From assembly GCA_034190245.1 (NCBI GenBank), contig JAXHTJ010000001.1:7597-71596 (forward strand): a stretch of 64,000 bases of DNA, in the 5' to 3' direction. Below are positions 38,685-48,401 of this stretch, piece after piece. The position numbers and the translations under genes are program-made. Below the pieces are notes generated by a model. That model was not told the DNA's origin. It was given only the letters and a program-made list of their open reading frames with translations, and made no database searches. Numbering within the stretch: the stretch's first letter is position 1; each line of letters opens with the position of its first letter. This DNA is from Halobacteriota archaeon. GTDB lineage: Archaea; Halobacteriota; Syntropharchaeia; DAOWMC01.

Positions 38685-40658
38685 ATGTTTGGAGATTCAA
38701 GATATGTTGTTAGATTAGCTATTATAATACTTCTGCTAACTCTTTTCATTGGTACAGCATCCGCTGAGATATGGTATGTTGATGATGATAGTGGTGCGGA
38801 TTTTACAAAGATACAGGATGCGATTGATGCTGCGGTTGCAGGCGATACGATTATTGTAAAAGATGGTACGTATCATGAGAATGTGGATGTGTATGAGCGT
38901 TTAATAATACGATCTGAGAATGGGTCTGTATCGACAACTGTTATTGCATCAAATCCTGAAGATCATGTTTTCGGAGTATTTGGAAATTATGTGAATATCA
39001 GTGGGTTTACGATAGAAGGGGCAACTGGATCATGGATAGCCGGGATTTATCTCAAGGTTGCGTATGACTGCAATATTTCGGGTAACATCGCATCGAACAA
39101 CAGCTACGGCATCTACCTAGATCGTTTTTCAGGTAACAACAGACTTGTGAGCAACATCGTGAGTGGAAACCACAACGGTATCCGCCTGTATTCTTCATAC
39201 AACAACACACTCACGGGCAATATGATGTTGGATAATACCCACAGTCTTGGTGTTTATAGTCCTAATCTTTATGATTATTATGGTTCCAGTTATGGCTCCA
39301 GTCTCCCTGACTACACTCAAAACATAGACAACACAAACAAAGTAAATGGAAAACCGGTCTATTACTTGGTTGATAAGCAAGATCAGGTAATATCTGACGA
39401 TGCTGGCTACGTGGGAGTTGTGAATTCCACAAACATTACAGTGAAAGATTTAACGTTAACAGGCAATCGTCAAGGAGTGCTTTTTGTTTACACAAATAAT
39501 TCAAAGATAGAGAATGTGAATGTATCGAACAACCACAACGGCATCTACCTAGAATCTTCAAGCAACAACACACTCACGGGCAACATCGTGAAGGGCAACA
39601 ACCACAACGGCATCTACCTAGAATCTTCAAGCAACAACACACTCACGGGCAACATCGCGAATTCGAACAACGGCGACGGCATCTACCTGTTTAAATCAAA
39701 AAACAACTCACTTGTGAACAACACCGCGAATTCGAACAATAACTACGGCATCCACCTGTGGAATTCAAGAAACAGTACACTTTTGGAAAACAATATGTCG
39801 GGGAATGGCTACAACCTTTATGTTTTAGGTTCAATTCTTTGTGATTATTATGGTTCCAGTTATGGTTCCATTCTTCTTGGCTACACTCAAAACATAGACA
39901 ACACAAACAAAGTAAATGGAAAACAGGTCTATTACTTGGTTGATAAGCAAGATCAGGTAATACCTGACGATGCTGGCTATGTTGGAGTTGTGAATTCCAC
40001 AAACATTATAGTGAAAAATTTAACGTTAACAGGCAATCGTCAAGGAGTGCTTTTTGTTTACACAAATAATTCAAAGATAGAGAATGTGAATGTATCGAAC
40101 AACCACAACGGCATCTACCTAGAATCTTCGAGCAACAACACACTCATGAACAACACCGCGAAGGGCAACAACTGCGGCATCATGCTGCGGTATTCAATCA
40201 ACAACACAATAGAGGGCAACAATGCAACGAACAACAACTACGGCATCTATCTGGAAAATTCAAGAAACAACACAATCTACAACAACTACTTCAACAACAC
40301 AAAAAATGCCTTTGATATCAAAAACAACATCTGGAACATCACAAAAACAGCAGGAACAAATATAATCGGTGGGCCTTACTTAGGTGGAAATTACTGGTCG
40401 TCAGACTATAAAGGAGCTGATACTGATGGAGACGGCTTGGGTGATACATTGTTCCCGCACAACTCTTCAGGATTAATAACGAACTCCGGAGATTATCACC
40501 CGCTGATGAAGACGTGGATACCAACTCCAACACCTACTCCAACCCCAACATCAACTTCAACGCCATCCACACCCGATGAGGAACAACCCGGATTCGAAGC
40601 AATATTCGCAATCATTGGACTTTTGGTGATAGCATATCTTGTGAGAAGAAGAAAATAA
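38685..40658 (+). CDS. Secreted right-handed parallel beta-helix repeat protein (NosD/pectate-lyase-like) with PGF-CTERM archaeosortase sorting signal
   Basis: Signal peptide MFGDSRYVVRLAIIILLLTLFIGTASA. Many NxxHNGIYLxxSxNNTLTGN PbH1-like repeats. C-terminus PTPTPTPTPTSTSTPSTPDEEQPGFEAIFAIIGLLVIAYLVRRRK. Confidence 0.7.
   Translation: MFGDSRYVVRLAIIILLLTLFIGTASAEIWYVDDDSGADFTKIQDAIDAAVAGDTIIVKDGTYHENVDVYERLIIRSENGSVSTTVIASNPEDHVFGVFGNYVNISGFTIEGATGSWIAGIYLKVAYDCNISGNIASNNSYGIYLDRFSGNNRLVSNIVSGNHNGIRLYSSYNNTLTGNMMLDNTHSLGVYSPNLYDYYGSSYGSSLPDYTQNIDNTNKVNGKPVYYLVDKQDQVISDDAGYVGVVNSTNITVKDLTLTGNRQGVLFVYTNNSKIENVNVSNNHNGIYLESSSNNTLTGNIVKGNNHNGIYLESSSNNTLTGNIANSNNGDGIYLFKSKNNSLVNNTANSNNNYGIHLWNSRNSTLLENNMSGNGYNLYVLGSILCDYYGSSYGSILLGYTQNIDNTNKVNGKQVYYLVDKQDQVIPDDAGYVGVVNSTNIIVKNLTLTGNRQGVLFVYTNNSKIENVNVSNNHNGIYLESSSNNTLMNNTAKGNNCGIMLRYSINNTIEGNNATNNNYGIYLENSRNNTIYNNYFNNTKNAFDIKNNIWNITKTAGTNIIGGPYLGGNYWSSDYKGADTDGDGLGDTLFPHNSSGLITNSGDYHPLMKTWIPTPTPTPTPTSTSTPSTPDEEQPGFEAIFAIIGLLVIAYLVRRRK
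39272..40147 (+). repeat. Intragenic direct duplication of about 305 bp at about 95% identity (39272-39577 vs 39842-40147), plus a perfect 57-bp tandem duplication (39531-39587 / 39600-39656)
   Basis: Direct comparison of the two stretches; the copies differ by only a handful of substitutions. Confidence 0.7.
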
Positions 40659-40754
40659 AAACAAATACCCAACCAACCGCCCCGTGGATGCACCCGAATT
40701 CATTCGGGTGTGGCGTGGATGGGGCTTAAACACTTTCACCACACTTACTCAACC

Positions 40755-40762
40755 TTTATATG
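40755..40762 (+). promoter_or_regulatory. TATA-box-like element (tttatatg) about 40 bp upstream of the Panacea-domain gene
   Basis: AT-rich octamer at the appropriate distance for an archaeal promoter. Confidence 0.2.
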
Positions 40763-40800
40763 TAATTCATACCTACATATTATTAGAAACTGTGATATAT

Positions 40801-41403
40801 ATGATTCATTTTAAAGGAATTGATAATAAAAAATTAAGGGATGTTATTGTGTATTTTACCTTTAAAACGAATTATTTGACCTTAATACGTCTTATAAAAT
40901 TGGTTTATATTGCAGAAATCTATTCTATAAAAAAATTTGGCAGAAGATTGACGGAGGTAGACTTTCTCAACTATCACTATGGCCCTTGGAGTTCTGAGAT
41001 TAACTCTATAGGAGAGATAATATCTGGTGATGATATCTTAATCGAGTTTGATAGAACTCCTCAAGGTCATGATGCTTCTTTCTTTAAACCGAATGTAGAT
41101 GAACCTGCTATCAACCTTTCTGAAGAAGATATATCTTTACTAGATGATGTCATAAATGAATGGGGATTCAAAAAGACTGAGGAAATAATCACATTTGTAA
41201 AATCTACTTCTTCGTATAAGAATTCTGGATTTGGAGAATTGATAAATTTCGATGAATATATCGATGAGTGTAGATCTGCGCTGGTTGAGAGTGATGATAA
41301 AATTCTTTCTGGTGTCCATGAGGCAATAGAAGAATACAAAAAAGGCCTTGGAAAAACCTTTGAAACAAAAGATGAGCTCTTAAGACATCTTCAAAGTTTG
41401 TAG
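40801..41403 (+). CDS. Panacea (DUF4065)-domain protein, putative PanA-type antitoxin
   Basis: …TNYLTLIRLIKLVYIAEIYSIKKFGRRLTEVDFLNYHYGPWSSEI… matches the Panacea/SocA core (T.LKLqKLlYyA….G.pl….F.a…GP). The ATG at 40801 is preferred over the track's upstream extension. Confidence 0.55.
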   Translation: MIHFKGIDNKKLRDVIVYFTFKTNYLTLIRLIKLVYIAEIYSIKKFGRRLTEVDFLNYHYGPWSSEINSIGEIISGDDILIEFDRTPQGHDASFFKPNVDEPAINLSEEDISLLDDVINEWGFKKTEEIITFVKSTSSYKNSGFGELINFDEYIDECRSALVESDDKILSGVHEAIEEYKKGLGKTFETKDELLRHLQSL

Positions 41404-41411
41404 ATGGTTTT

Positions 41412-41669
41412 ATGGGCTTTACATATCGTACAGAACCCCGATTCGATAAGAATTTTAAGAAACTGACTAAGAAAGACAAGGATTTGAAAGAAAGAGTACT
41501 AAGTAAAATCGAAGAGATATGTACAAATCCAACGATAGGAAAGCCTTTGAGAAATGAACTTAGAGGCATGCGAAGAGTTCATATTGGTTCTTATGTGATT
41601 ATTTATGCAATCATTGGAAATGAGATTATCTTTATGAACTTTGATCATCATGATTTTGTATATAATTGA
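41412..41669 (+). CDS. RelE/ParE-superfamily type II toxin
   Basis: 85 aa: …FDKNFKKLTKKDKDLKERVLSKIEEICTNPTIGKPLRNELRGMRRVHIGSYVIIYAI…FDHHDFVY. This follows the classic RelE/ParE layout, 8 nt after the Panacea gene stop. Confidence 0.7.
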   Translation: MGFTYRTEPRFDKNFKKLTKKDKDLKERVLSKIEEICTNPTIGKPLRNELRGMRRVHIGSYVIIYAIIGNEIIFMNFDHHDFVYN

Positions 41670-41842
41670 TGATAAAAACAATCACCCAACCTACGGCTCA
41701 CTTCGTTCACCCAAATTCCGCCTTAGGTGGAGCCTCGCATGCCCTCCAAACGTTATTTAATTCTCGCTTTCAAACTTGGATAGAGAGATTCTGTCAAGTA
41801 AGTTTTTTGGTGTGAAAAAGTCAAGCTAAGGATGGTGTTAAT

Positions 41843-43222
41843 ATGCAGGTAGATGAGATCATAGATAGCCTCGTTACAATAGTAGGAAGAGAAAATGTTC
41901 TTTCTGGCGATGAGATCCCCGAAGAGTATGGACGCGACGAGGCACTCACTCTGAAGCCCTGCTTACCGGAGGTAGTGGTTAAACCAGAAAGCGCAGAAGA
42001 GGTATCAAAGATATTGAGTCTTGCTAATTCCTGGAAGATTCCGGTAACACCAAGAGGTGCAGGAACCGGTCTTTCCGGTGGTTGTGTGCCCCTCTATTCA
42101 GGCATACTTCTCTCCCTCGAACGAATGAATAAAATCATTGAGATCGATGAGGAAAATAGTGTGGCTGTTATTGAAACAGGTGTTGTTTTGGCAGATTTGT
42201 ACAAAGCTGTCGAAGCACGTGGACTATACTATCCGATCTATCCGGGAGAGGTGAGTGCCACAATCGGAGGAAATGTCGCTACGAATGCGGGCGGGATGCG
42301 GGCGGTGAGGTACGGTGTGACAAGACATTTTGTTCTGGGATTGGAAGCAGTATTGCCCACCGGGGAGATCATAAGCACCGGTGGAAAATATGTGAAAGTT
42401 TCAACCGGTTACGACCTAACCCAGCTAATCTGCGGCTCAGAAGGCACCCTAGCAGTGGTAACAAGGATAATACTAAAACTTCTCCCGCGTCCCAGAGCTA
42501 AGGCAACTCTTCTTGTTCCTTTCAAGGACGTGAGTGATGCAATCGGAACTGTTCCAATCATACTCAAATCCGGGGTGATCCCGGTAACAATCGAATTTTT
42601 GGAAAAATTTGGGCTAATAGGCATGGAGAGCTATACAAAGATGAAAGTTCCCATTGGAAAAGAAGCACGCAGTAAGGCAAGAGCCTATCTGATCATAGTC
42701 CTGGAAGAGAAGAGTTCCGAAGCGGCTTTCAAGGATGCCGAACTGATCTCCGATATCTGTATGGAGCATGGAGCAATAGACGTATTCATACCCTCCACCG
42801 AAAAAGATGGCCGGGAGCTTCTGGAGCTGAGGGAAAAGGCCTTTTATGCCACAAGGGATGCGGGTGCTTCAGATTTGATCGATGTAGTGGTCCCCCGTGG
42901 CGAGATACCGAAATTTTTGGAGAATATACGTGAGATATCTGCAAAATACTCAACAGTGATAGCTGGTGCAGGGCACGCCGGAGATGGAAATTTGCACATG
43001 GGAATAATGGTGCGGGATTCCGAGAAGAAGTCAAAGATACTCGAGGATATCTATCGAGCCGGAAGAGATCTTGGGGGGACAATTTCTGCTGAGCATGGTA
43101 TCGGTTGTGAGAAGAGAAGGTATCTACTAAAGATGGAAGACGAGGTAAAAATTGAGCTTATGAGAAGGATAAAAGAAGCCTTCGATCCAAATAAAATACT
43201 GAACCCTGGAAAGATTTTTTAG
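41843..43222 (+). CDS. FAD-linked oxidase (GlcD / D-lactate dehydrogenase family)
   Basis: N-terminal PCMH-type FAD-binding domain (PRGAGTGLSGG) and C-terminal FAD-oxidase domain. Confidence 0.7.
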   Translation: MQVDEIIDSLVTIVGRENVLSGDEIPEEYGRDEALTLKPCLPEVVVKPESAEEVSKILSLANSWKIPVTPRGAGTGLSGGCVPLYSGILLSLERMNKIIEIDEENSVAVIETGVVLADLYKAVEARGLYYPIYPGEVSATIGGNVATNAGGMRAVRYGVTRHFVLGLEAVLPTGEIISTGGKYVKVSTGYDLTQLICGSEGTLAVVTRIILKLLPRPRAKATLLVPFKDVSDAIGTVPIILKSGVIPVTIEFLEKFGLIGMESYTKMKVPIGKEARSKARAYLIIVLEEKSSEAAFKDAELISDICMEHGAIDVFIPSTEKDGRELLELREKAFYATRDAGASDLIDVVVPRGEIPKFLENIREISAKYSTVIAGAGHAGDGNLHMGIMVRDSEKKSKILEDIYRAGRDLGGTISAEHGIGCEKRRYLLKMEDEVKIELMRRIKEAFDPNKILNPGKIF

Positions 43223-43277
43223 GGTTGCTTGGGTTCATACAACAACATATTTAATAACCATATACTATCTCTAAGTT

Positions 43278-44045
43278 ATGCTCACCTTCGTTGGTGCCGG
43301 GTTGTACGATGAGAAGGATATAACGCTCAAGGGTATGGAAGCGATCAAAGAAGCAGATATCGTTTATGCAGAATTTTACACCTCCCGACTTATGGGAACA
43401 ACGATAGAGAAGATAGAAGATGCTTATAAAAAGAAGATCATCCTTTTAGAGAGAGAAGATATCGAAGTTGACCCGGATCCTCTTTTAAGAGAGGCGAAAT
43501 CTTCGAATGTGGTCCTTTTAACCGGAGGCGATCCAATGATTGCAACCACGCATATCGATCTCAGACTCAGGGCTTTTGACGCCGGTATCAAGACTACGGT
43601 GGTCCATGCACCATCGATATTTTCGGCAGCATTAGGGCTTTGTGGCCTTCAGAATTACAGATTCGGTAAATCGGCTACTATTGCACCCCCGTATAAAGAC
43701 CGGCCATCAGAAGTACCGTATGATACAATAAAGATGAATAGTTTTAATGAGCTTCACACGTTACTCTATCTGGACATACCCATGACTATAAATCGCGCTT
43801 GTGAAATACTGCTCATTTTGGAAGATAAGAGAGGAGAAGGCCTATTTAATGAGAGGATGATAGTGGGAATTGCGAGGGCAGGGTCCAAAAAACCAACAAT
43901 TAAGGCAGATTATATAGAGAGGATAAAGGAGTATGATTTTGGGCCACCGTTACATATAATGATCGCTACCGGAAAATTACACTTTATGGAAAACGAGGCG
44001 CTTTTAAAGTTTGCAGGCGCTCCTGTGGAGATTATGAAAGAATGA
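43278..44045 (+). CDS. dph5: Diphthine synthase
   Basis: MLTFVGAGLYDEKDITLKGMEAIKEADIVYAEFYTS… is a tetrapyrrole-methylase-fold Dph5. Confidence 0.85.
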   Translation: MLTFVGAGLYDEKDITLKGMEAIKEADIVYAEFYTSRLMGTTIEKIEDAYKKKIILLEREDIEVDPDPLLREAKSSNVVLLTGGDPMIATTHIDLRLRAFDAGIKTTVVHAPSIFSAALGLCGLQNYRFGKSATIAPPYKDRPSEVPYDTIKMNSFNELHTLLYLDIPMTINRACEILLILEDKRGEGLFNERMIVGIARAGSKKPTIKADYIERIKEYDFGPPLHIMIATGKLHFMENEALLKFAGAPVEIMKE

Positions 44046-44731
44046 AGAACAAGTTTTTTGATCTCAATGTACATTCTCAGCCAGAAAATTCAAGCTCACA
44101 GGCAGAGTTGTGCGAGGTTTCAAAGAGGTATGGTTACTCCGGAATTGCCTTCACAAACCATTCTGATTTTTTTGGAGGCAGGATGGAGATGAATGTTTGG
44201 AATTTTGAAGTCTATAACGGTGTCGAGATCGTTTCCAGCGTCTCGAAGTTGAAAGATGAGATCAGGAGATTCAGGCCGAAGGTGACTGTTTTATCTGTTC
44301 ATGGTGGAGATGAAAGGATAAACAGGATGGCTGTTGAAGACAGAAGAGTTGACATTCTCTGTCATCCGGAAGAGGTCGATGGTCCCGGTTTAAATCATGT
44401 ACTGGCAAGATCCGCAACGAAGAATGGTGTGGCCATAGAGTTCAATATCGGAGAGATAATACACAACAGGGGCAGGTCCAGATCACGCATCTTATCCTTT
44501 ATGGCCAAAAATCTGAAACTTGCAAGGAAGTACGATGTTCCAATGGTGCTAACAAGTAGCGCAAATTCCATATACGATCTACGTGCACCACGGGAGATGA
44601 TGGCGCTTGCAAGTCTCTTTGGAATGACAGGAGAAGAAGCTCTGATTGCGCTGAGTTTAACTCCACAGCAGATAATAAGAGATAATATGTCGAGGTTACC
44701 CAATGGTGTGGAGGTTGTGGGATCCCATTGA
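44042..44731 (+). CDS. rnp3: Ribonuclease P protein component 3 (Rpp30)
   Basis: FDLNVH start and PHP/TIM-barrel Rpp30 pattern. Its ATGA overlaps the dph5 stop. Confidence 0.8.
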   Translation: MKNKFFDLNVHSQPENSSSQAELCEVSKRYGYSGIAFTNHSDFFGGRMEMNVWNFEVYNGVEIVSSVSKLKDEIRRFRPKVTVLSVHGGDERINRMAVEDRRVDILCHPEEVDGPGLNHVLARSATKNGVAIEFNIGEIIHNRGRSRSRILSFMAKNLKLARKYDVPMVLTSSANSIYDLRAPREMMALASLFGMTGEEALIALSLTPQQIIRDNMSRLPNGVEVVGSH

Positions 44732-44849
44732 TCGCTTCACCCAAAGATCTCTTCAAGCTGTTCAAGTATAAATGTGGGCATGCGAAACCATCATAAACCT
44801 GCAATGGTTCGGAATTGAACCAAACTTTTACAAAGGTTAGGAGTAGATA

Positions 44850-45521
44850 TTGGGCTGGAGGGGGGTCTTGGTCCCTTCATGGCGGGAGATGACTGAAGAT
44901 AAGAGCGAGTTACCAGAGGAAGATATTGAAGAATATATTGAAGAATATATTGAAGAGTATGCCAGCATTCGCTCTATAGTATCAGAAGCGCTGCCTTTTG
45001 AGATCGTATGCGCATTGGGTGGTGTGGTTGCGGGTATAATCCTCTTCGGAATGGTGGATGAGATCGCTTCCATAGCCGGATTGCTCGTGATAGTGCCAGC
45101 AGTAATGGGAATGAGGGGGAACATATCCTGCGCTCTGGGGTCCAGATTGGGTTCAGCCATACATATGGGTCTGATAACAAAGATTGAGCGGAACCCGGAA
45201 CTAACAAACAACATCATCGCTTCATTAACCCTCAGTCTCATCATGGCAATCGTGCTTGGACTGGCGGGTCACTACGTTTCTATCTTCCTCGGATTGCCGA
45301 GTCAAGGTCCTCTTATTCTTGTATCAATAGCGGTTATATCCGGATTGGTCTCAGGGATCATCTTGGCGGGTGTTGCAGTGCTTCTAGCCACCGCTGCATT
45401 CAGATTTGGAGTTGATCCGGACAATATAGTTACCCCCGCCATTGGAACAATAGGTGATATAGTTACGATGCTTTTGATATTTGCAAGTGCGAAGGTGGTA
45501 ATATGGCTTTTTATAGTGTAA
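44850..45521 (+). CDS. MgtE-family divalent-cation transporter TM-domain protein (paralog 1)
   Basis: VPAVMGMRGNISCALGSRLGSAIHMGLI motif and about 5 TM helices. Confidence 0.45.
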   Translation: MGWRGVLVPSWREMTEDKSELPEEDIEEYIEEYIEEYASIRSIVSEALPFEIVCALGGVVAGIILFGMVDEIASIAGLLVIVPAVMGMRGNISCALGSRLGSAIHMGLITKIERNPELTNNIIASLTLSLIMAIVLGLAGHYVSIFLGLPSQGPLILVSIAVISGLVSGIILAGVAVLLATAAFRFGVDPDNIVTPAIGTIGDIVTMLLIFASAKVVIWLFIV

Positions 45522-46072
45522 GGAAGATCGTTGAGAATAGTATCCCGGTGCTTATGTTGACGGCCATGATAAGCATTGCATCAGGGCAGATACTAAGTGT
45601 CAATCAAGGTGTGTTGATCGGAGTATTTCCAGTCCTATTGATCTTGATCCCACCGCTGATAAAGGTTGGTGGCGACACCGGAAGCATCCTTGGAGCAAGG
45701 CTTTCATCGGCGTTACATCTCGGTTTGATCGACTCAAAACTTGAAAGAAGCTCCGTTATCGAAAATAGCATTATAGCATCGTTTATTATTGGAATTGCAA
45801 CATGTTTTATACTCGGAATTGCCGTCTGGACAATACAAATAATTTTAAGTATTAATAGTAATATTGGTTTTGTAGCTTTGGTTGCGATAAGCACAATTGC
45901 TGGAGCTATACAGATGCTTATTATGTTCAGCATGACGACGGTGATAGCGTTACTCTCACATCGGTTCGGAATGGATCCGGATGATACAGTTATTCCCATA
46001 ATCACTACTTCTGGTGACTTTTTTGGAATAGCCTGTATCTTCTTAGTCATGCACTTGGTAGGGTTTATATGA
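45503..46072 (+). CDS. MgtE-family divalent-cation transporter TM-domain protein (paralog 2)
   Basis: IPPLIKVGGDTGSILGARLSSALHLGLI; paralogous to the upstream gene. Confidence 0.45.
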   Translation: MAFYSVRKIVENSIPVLMLTAMISIASGQILSVNQGVLIGVFPVLLILIPPLIKVGGDTGSILGARLSSALHLGLIDSKLERSSVIENSIIASFIIGIATCFILGIAVWTIQIILSINSNIGFVALVAISTIAGAIQMLIMFSMTTVIALLSHRFGMDPDDTVIPIITTSGDFFGIACIFLVMHLVGFI

Positions 46073-47259
46073 GTCAAAAGGAGATAAAGTACCATCCAGA
46101 GAATGTAAAAGATCTGTTGAAGGAGATGAAGGACATCTCAGAATTGATGGTGGATCTGAGTTATTCGGCCGTCCTATTTGATAACGAGGATATTGCAGAA
46201 GAGGTATTGCGATTGGAAGAGGAGATAGATATACTATTGTATCATGCAAGAATTGCAGCAATGCTTGGTGCAAGAGGGACTGATGAAGCTGAAAAACTGT
46301 CGGGAGTGCTCCAGATTGCTTCTGCCACAGAGAATATATCAAATGCTGCAGGAGACATCGCAAAGGTTGCTTTGGCAGACCTGAAACTCCCGGAAGAGTT
46401 TAAGGCTCACCTAAAAAAAGCAGAAGAGACTGTTACTAGGGTTAAAGTCAGTCCGGATTCGGATTTTGCCAGTAGAACCTTGAAAGATTTGAAGTTAAAG
46501 ACCGAGACGGGGATGAGAGTTATAGCGATTCGTAGAGGGCATGAGTGGATATTCGATCCAGATAAAGAGATGATGCTCTTAAGAGAAGACGTATTATTTG
46601 CCGAGGGGCCAGATGAAGGCGTACCGCATTTTTATGAACTTGCGAGTGGGGAGGCCTACCCCAAAAAAGAGTTTGAGTCGAAAGCAAAGATAGATGCCCT
46701 CGAAGAGGCAGCCGATCTGATTACAGATATGAAGGACACATCCGAGCTGGCTGCAGGTCTCGCTTACTCCGCCGTACTCTTCAACAGTGAAGAGATCGCG
46801 TATGAGGTCGAGCTCCTTGAGCAGCAGATGGATGGGATGAGGAGTAAGCTTGAATCACTCGTCCTCGAATCTGCAAAAACGATCGATGATACAGATTCCC
46901 TCAGAGGACTTCTGCAACTTGGAACATCCTCAGAAGTGATATCAGATGCTGCATATGAGATTGCAGATATCGTTCTAAGGGACATTGAACTCCATCCAGT
47001 CTTTATGCTTGCACTTAGAGAATCCGACGAAGTGATATCGCGGGTGAATGTTGAAGAATCATCAGAGATAGTTGGAAAGACACTAGGAAGCCTGAAACTC
47101 GAGACTGAGACGGGCATGTTTGTCCTTGCTATCAGGAGGAGGGACAAGTGGATATATCATCCGAGTGCGAAGACTATAATTGAAGAGGGAGATTCTCTGA
47201 TCGCGAAAGGGACAAAAAGTGGTGAAGAGTTGCTGATAGCATTGAGTTCGGAGAAGTAA
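46069..47259 (+). CDS. PhoU-like / 2xTrkA-C domain regulatory protein
   Basis: Two TrkA-C-like segments (VKVSPDSDFASRTLKDLKLKTETGMRVIAIRRG…; VNVEESSEIVGKTLGSLKLETETGMFVLAIRRR…), each preceded by a PhoU-like helical region. Confidence 0.55.
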   Translation: MSQKEIKYHPENVKDLLKEMKDISELMVDLSYSAVLFDNEDIAEEVLRLEEEIDILLYHARIAAMLGARGTDEAEKLSGVLQIASATENISNAAGDIAKVALADLKLPEEFKAHLKKAEETVTRVKVSPDSDFASRTLKDLKLKTETGMRVIAIRRGHEWIFDPDKEMMLLREDVLFAEGPDEGVPHFYELASGEAYPKKEFESKAKIDALEEAADLITDMKDTSELAAGLAYSAVLFNSEEIAYEVELLEQQMDGMRSKLESLVLESAKTIDDTDSLRGLLQLGTSSEVISDAAYEIADIVLRDIELHPVFMLALRESDEVISRVNVEESSEIVGKTLGSLKLETETGMFVLAIRRRDKWIYHPSAKTIIEEGDSLIAKGTKSGEELLIALSSEK

Positions 47260-47474
47260 AGGGGGTAGCGAGCGGTTTAAAATAAGGCTAGACAAGAGGT
47301 GAATAACATTTTACGGGCCATTGAATCTCGGCTACCCCACACTTCCTCCGGAGGGTGTATAAGCCATGGTCCACTATATATACCTTATGGCCGCAGTTTC
47401 TTAATAATTATGGCCATGATCTTAGCACCCAATTATAAGATAACTTTAAGTTATTAAAGGTGGTAATCGGAGTA

Positions 47475-48401
47475 ATGTTTACAAAAAGAGAGATCATTTC
47501 GATGAGAGATTTCTCGCGAGAAGAGATTAATTACGTATTGAAAAGAGCCGAAGAGCTAGAGGTTTATGCTCTTGGGAAGAGGTCTGATCTTTTGGGCGGT
47601 AAAATAATGGCAAATCTCTTCTTTGAGCCTTCAACAAGGACACGCCTCTCTTTTGAGACTGCTATGAAACGTTTGGGTGGCGAGGTCTTAAATTTAGGAT
47701 CGGAAGAAGCGAGTTCTATCGTAAAAGGTGAGACACTTGCAGATACCGTGCGTGTCATCTCCAACTACTGCGATGTGCTTGTGCTCAGACACCCAAAACA
47801 GGGTGCGGCAAGGATGGCTGCTGAATACTCCTCGGTTCCGGTCATAAATGCTGGAGATGGTGCAGGGCATCATCCAACGCAAACACTTATTGACCTGTAT
47901 ACGATAAGCAGGGAGAGCCATCTGGATGGGATCAACATTGCGTTGGTGGGTGATTTAAAGTACGGGAGGACAGTCCATTCATTAGCATACGCTTTAGCCT
48001 TGTATGACACAAATATCTGGCTGGTCTCTCCTGATCAATTGCGCATGCCGGACAGCATTAAAAGCGACTTAAAGAGTCTCGGAATCGAAGTTATTGAGAC
48101 GAGCGACATAGCGGACGTGATCGATGAAGTAGATGTTTTGTATGTAACAAGAATTCAGAAGGAGAGGTTCCCGGATCCTGCGGAGTATCGTAAGGTTGCA
48201 GATTCATATCGCATCTCTATAGACCTGCTCAAAGAAGCAAAGGAAAATTTGATAATTATGCATCCACTTCCGAGGGTGACCGAAATTGATGTCGAAGTCG
48301 ATTCCTCGAAATATGCCAAGTATTTCAAACAGACCTTCTATGGCGTACCGATAAGAATGGCATTGTTGACTCTGCTTCTGGAGGGAAGAGATGAACAATA
48401 G
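47475..48401 (+). CDS. pyrB: Aspartate carbamoyltransferase catalytic subunit
   Basis: STRTR and HPTQ motifs. Its end overlaps pyrI. Confidence 0.9.
   Translation: MFTKREIISMRDFSREEINYVLKRAEELEVYALGKRSDLLGGKIMANLFFEPSTRTRLSFETAMKRLGGEVLNLGSEEASSIVKGETLADTVRVISNYCDVLVLRHPKQGAARMAAEYSSVPVINAGDGAGHHPTQTLIDLYTISRESHLDGINIALVGDLKYGRTVHSLAYALALYDTNIWLVSPDQLRMPDSIKSDLKSLGIEVIETSDIADVIDEVDVLYVTRIQKERFPDPAEYRKVADSYRISIDLLKEAKENLIIMHPLPRVTEIDVEVDSSKYAKYFKQTFYGVPIRMALLTLLLEGRDEQ

Noticed and set aside
39240-40170. Possible CRISPR-like periodic repeats
   Set aside because: Repeats are in frame inside a coding region (beta-helix rungs) and are separated by similar, not unique, sequence, so this is not a CRISPR array.
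40684-40800. N-terminal 39-codon extension of the Panacea ORF from the track's start
   Set aside because: Region is AT-rich with a TATA-like element. The internal ATG at 40801 gives a compact protein starting at the conserved domain.
44795-44815. tRNA T-arm-like hairpin tggttc-ggaatt-gaacca
   Set aside because: No acceptor stem, D-arm or anticodon arm can be built around it. Probably a simple terminator or structural hairpin after rnp3.
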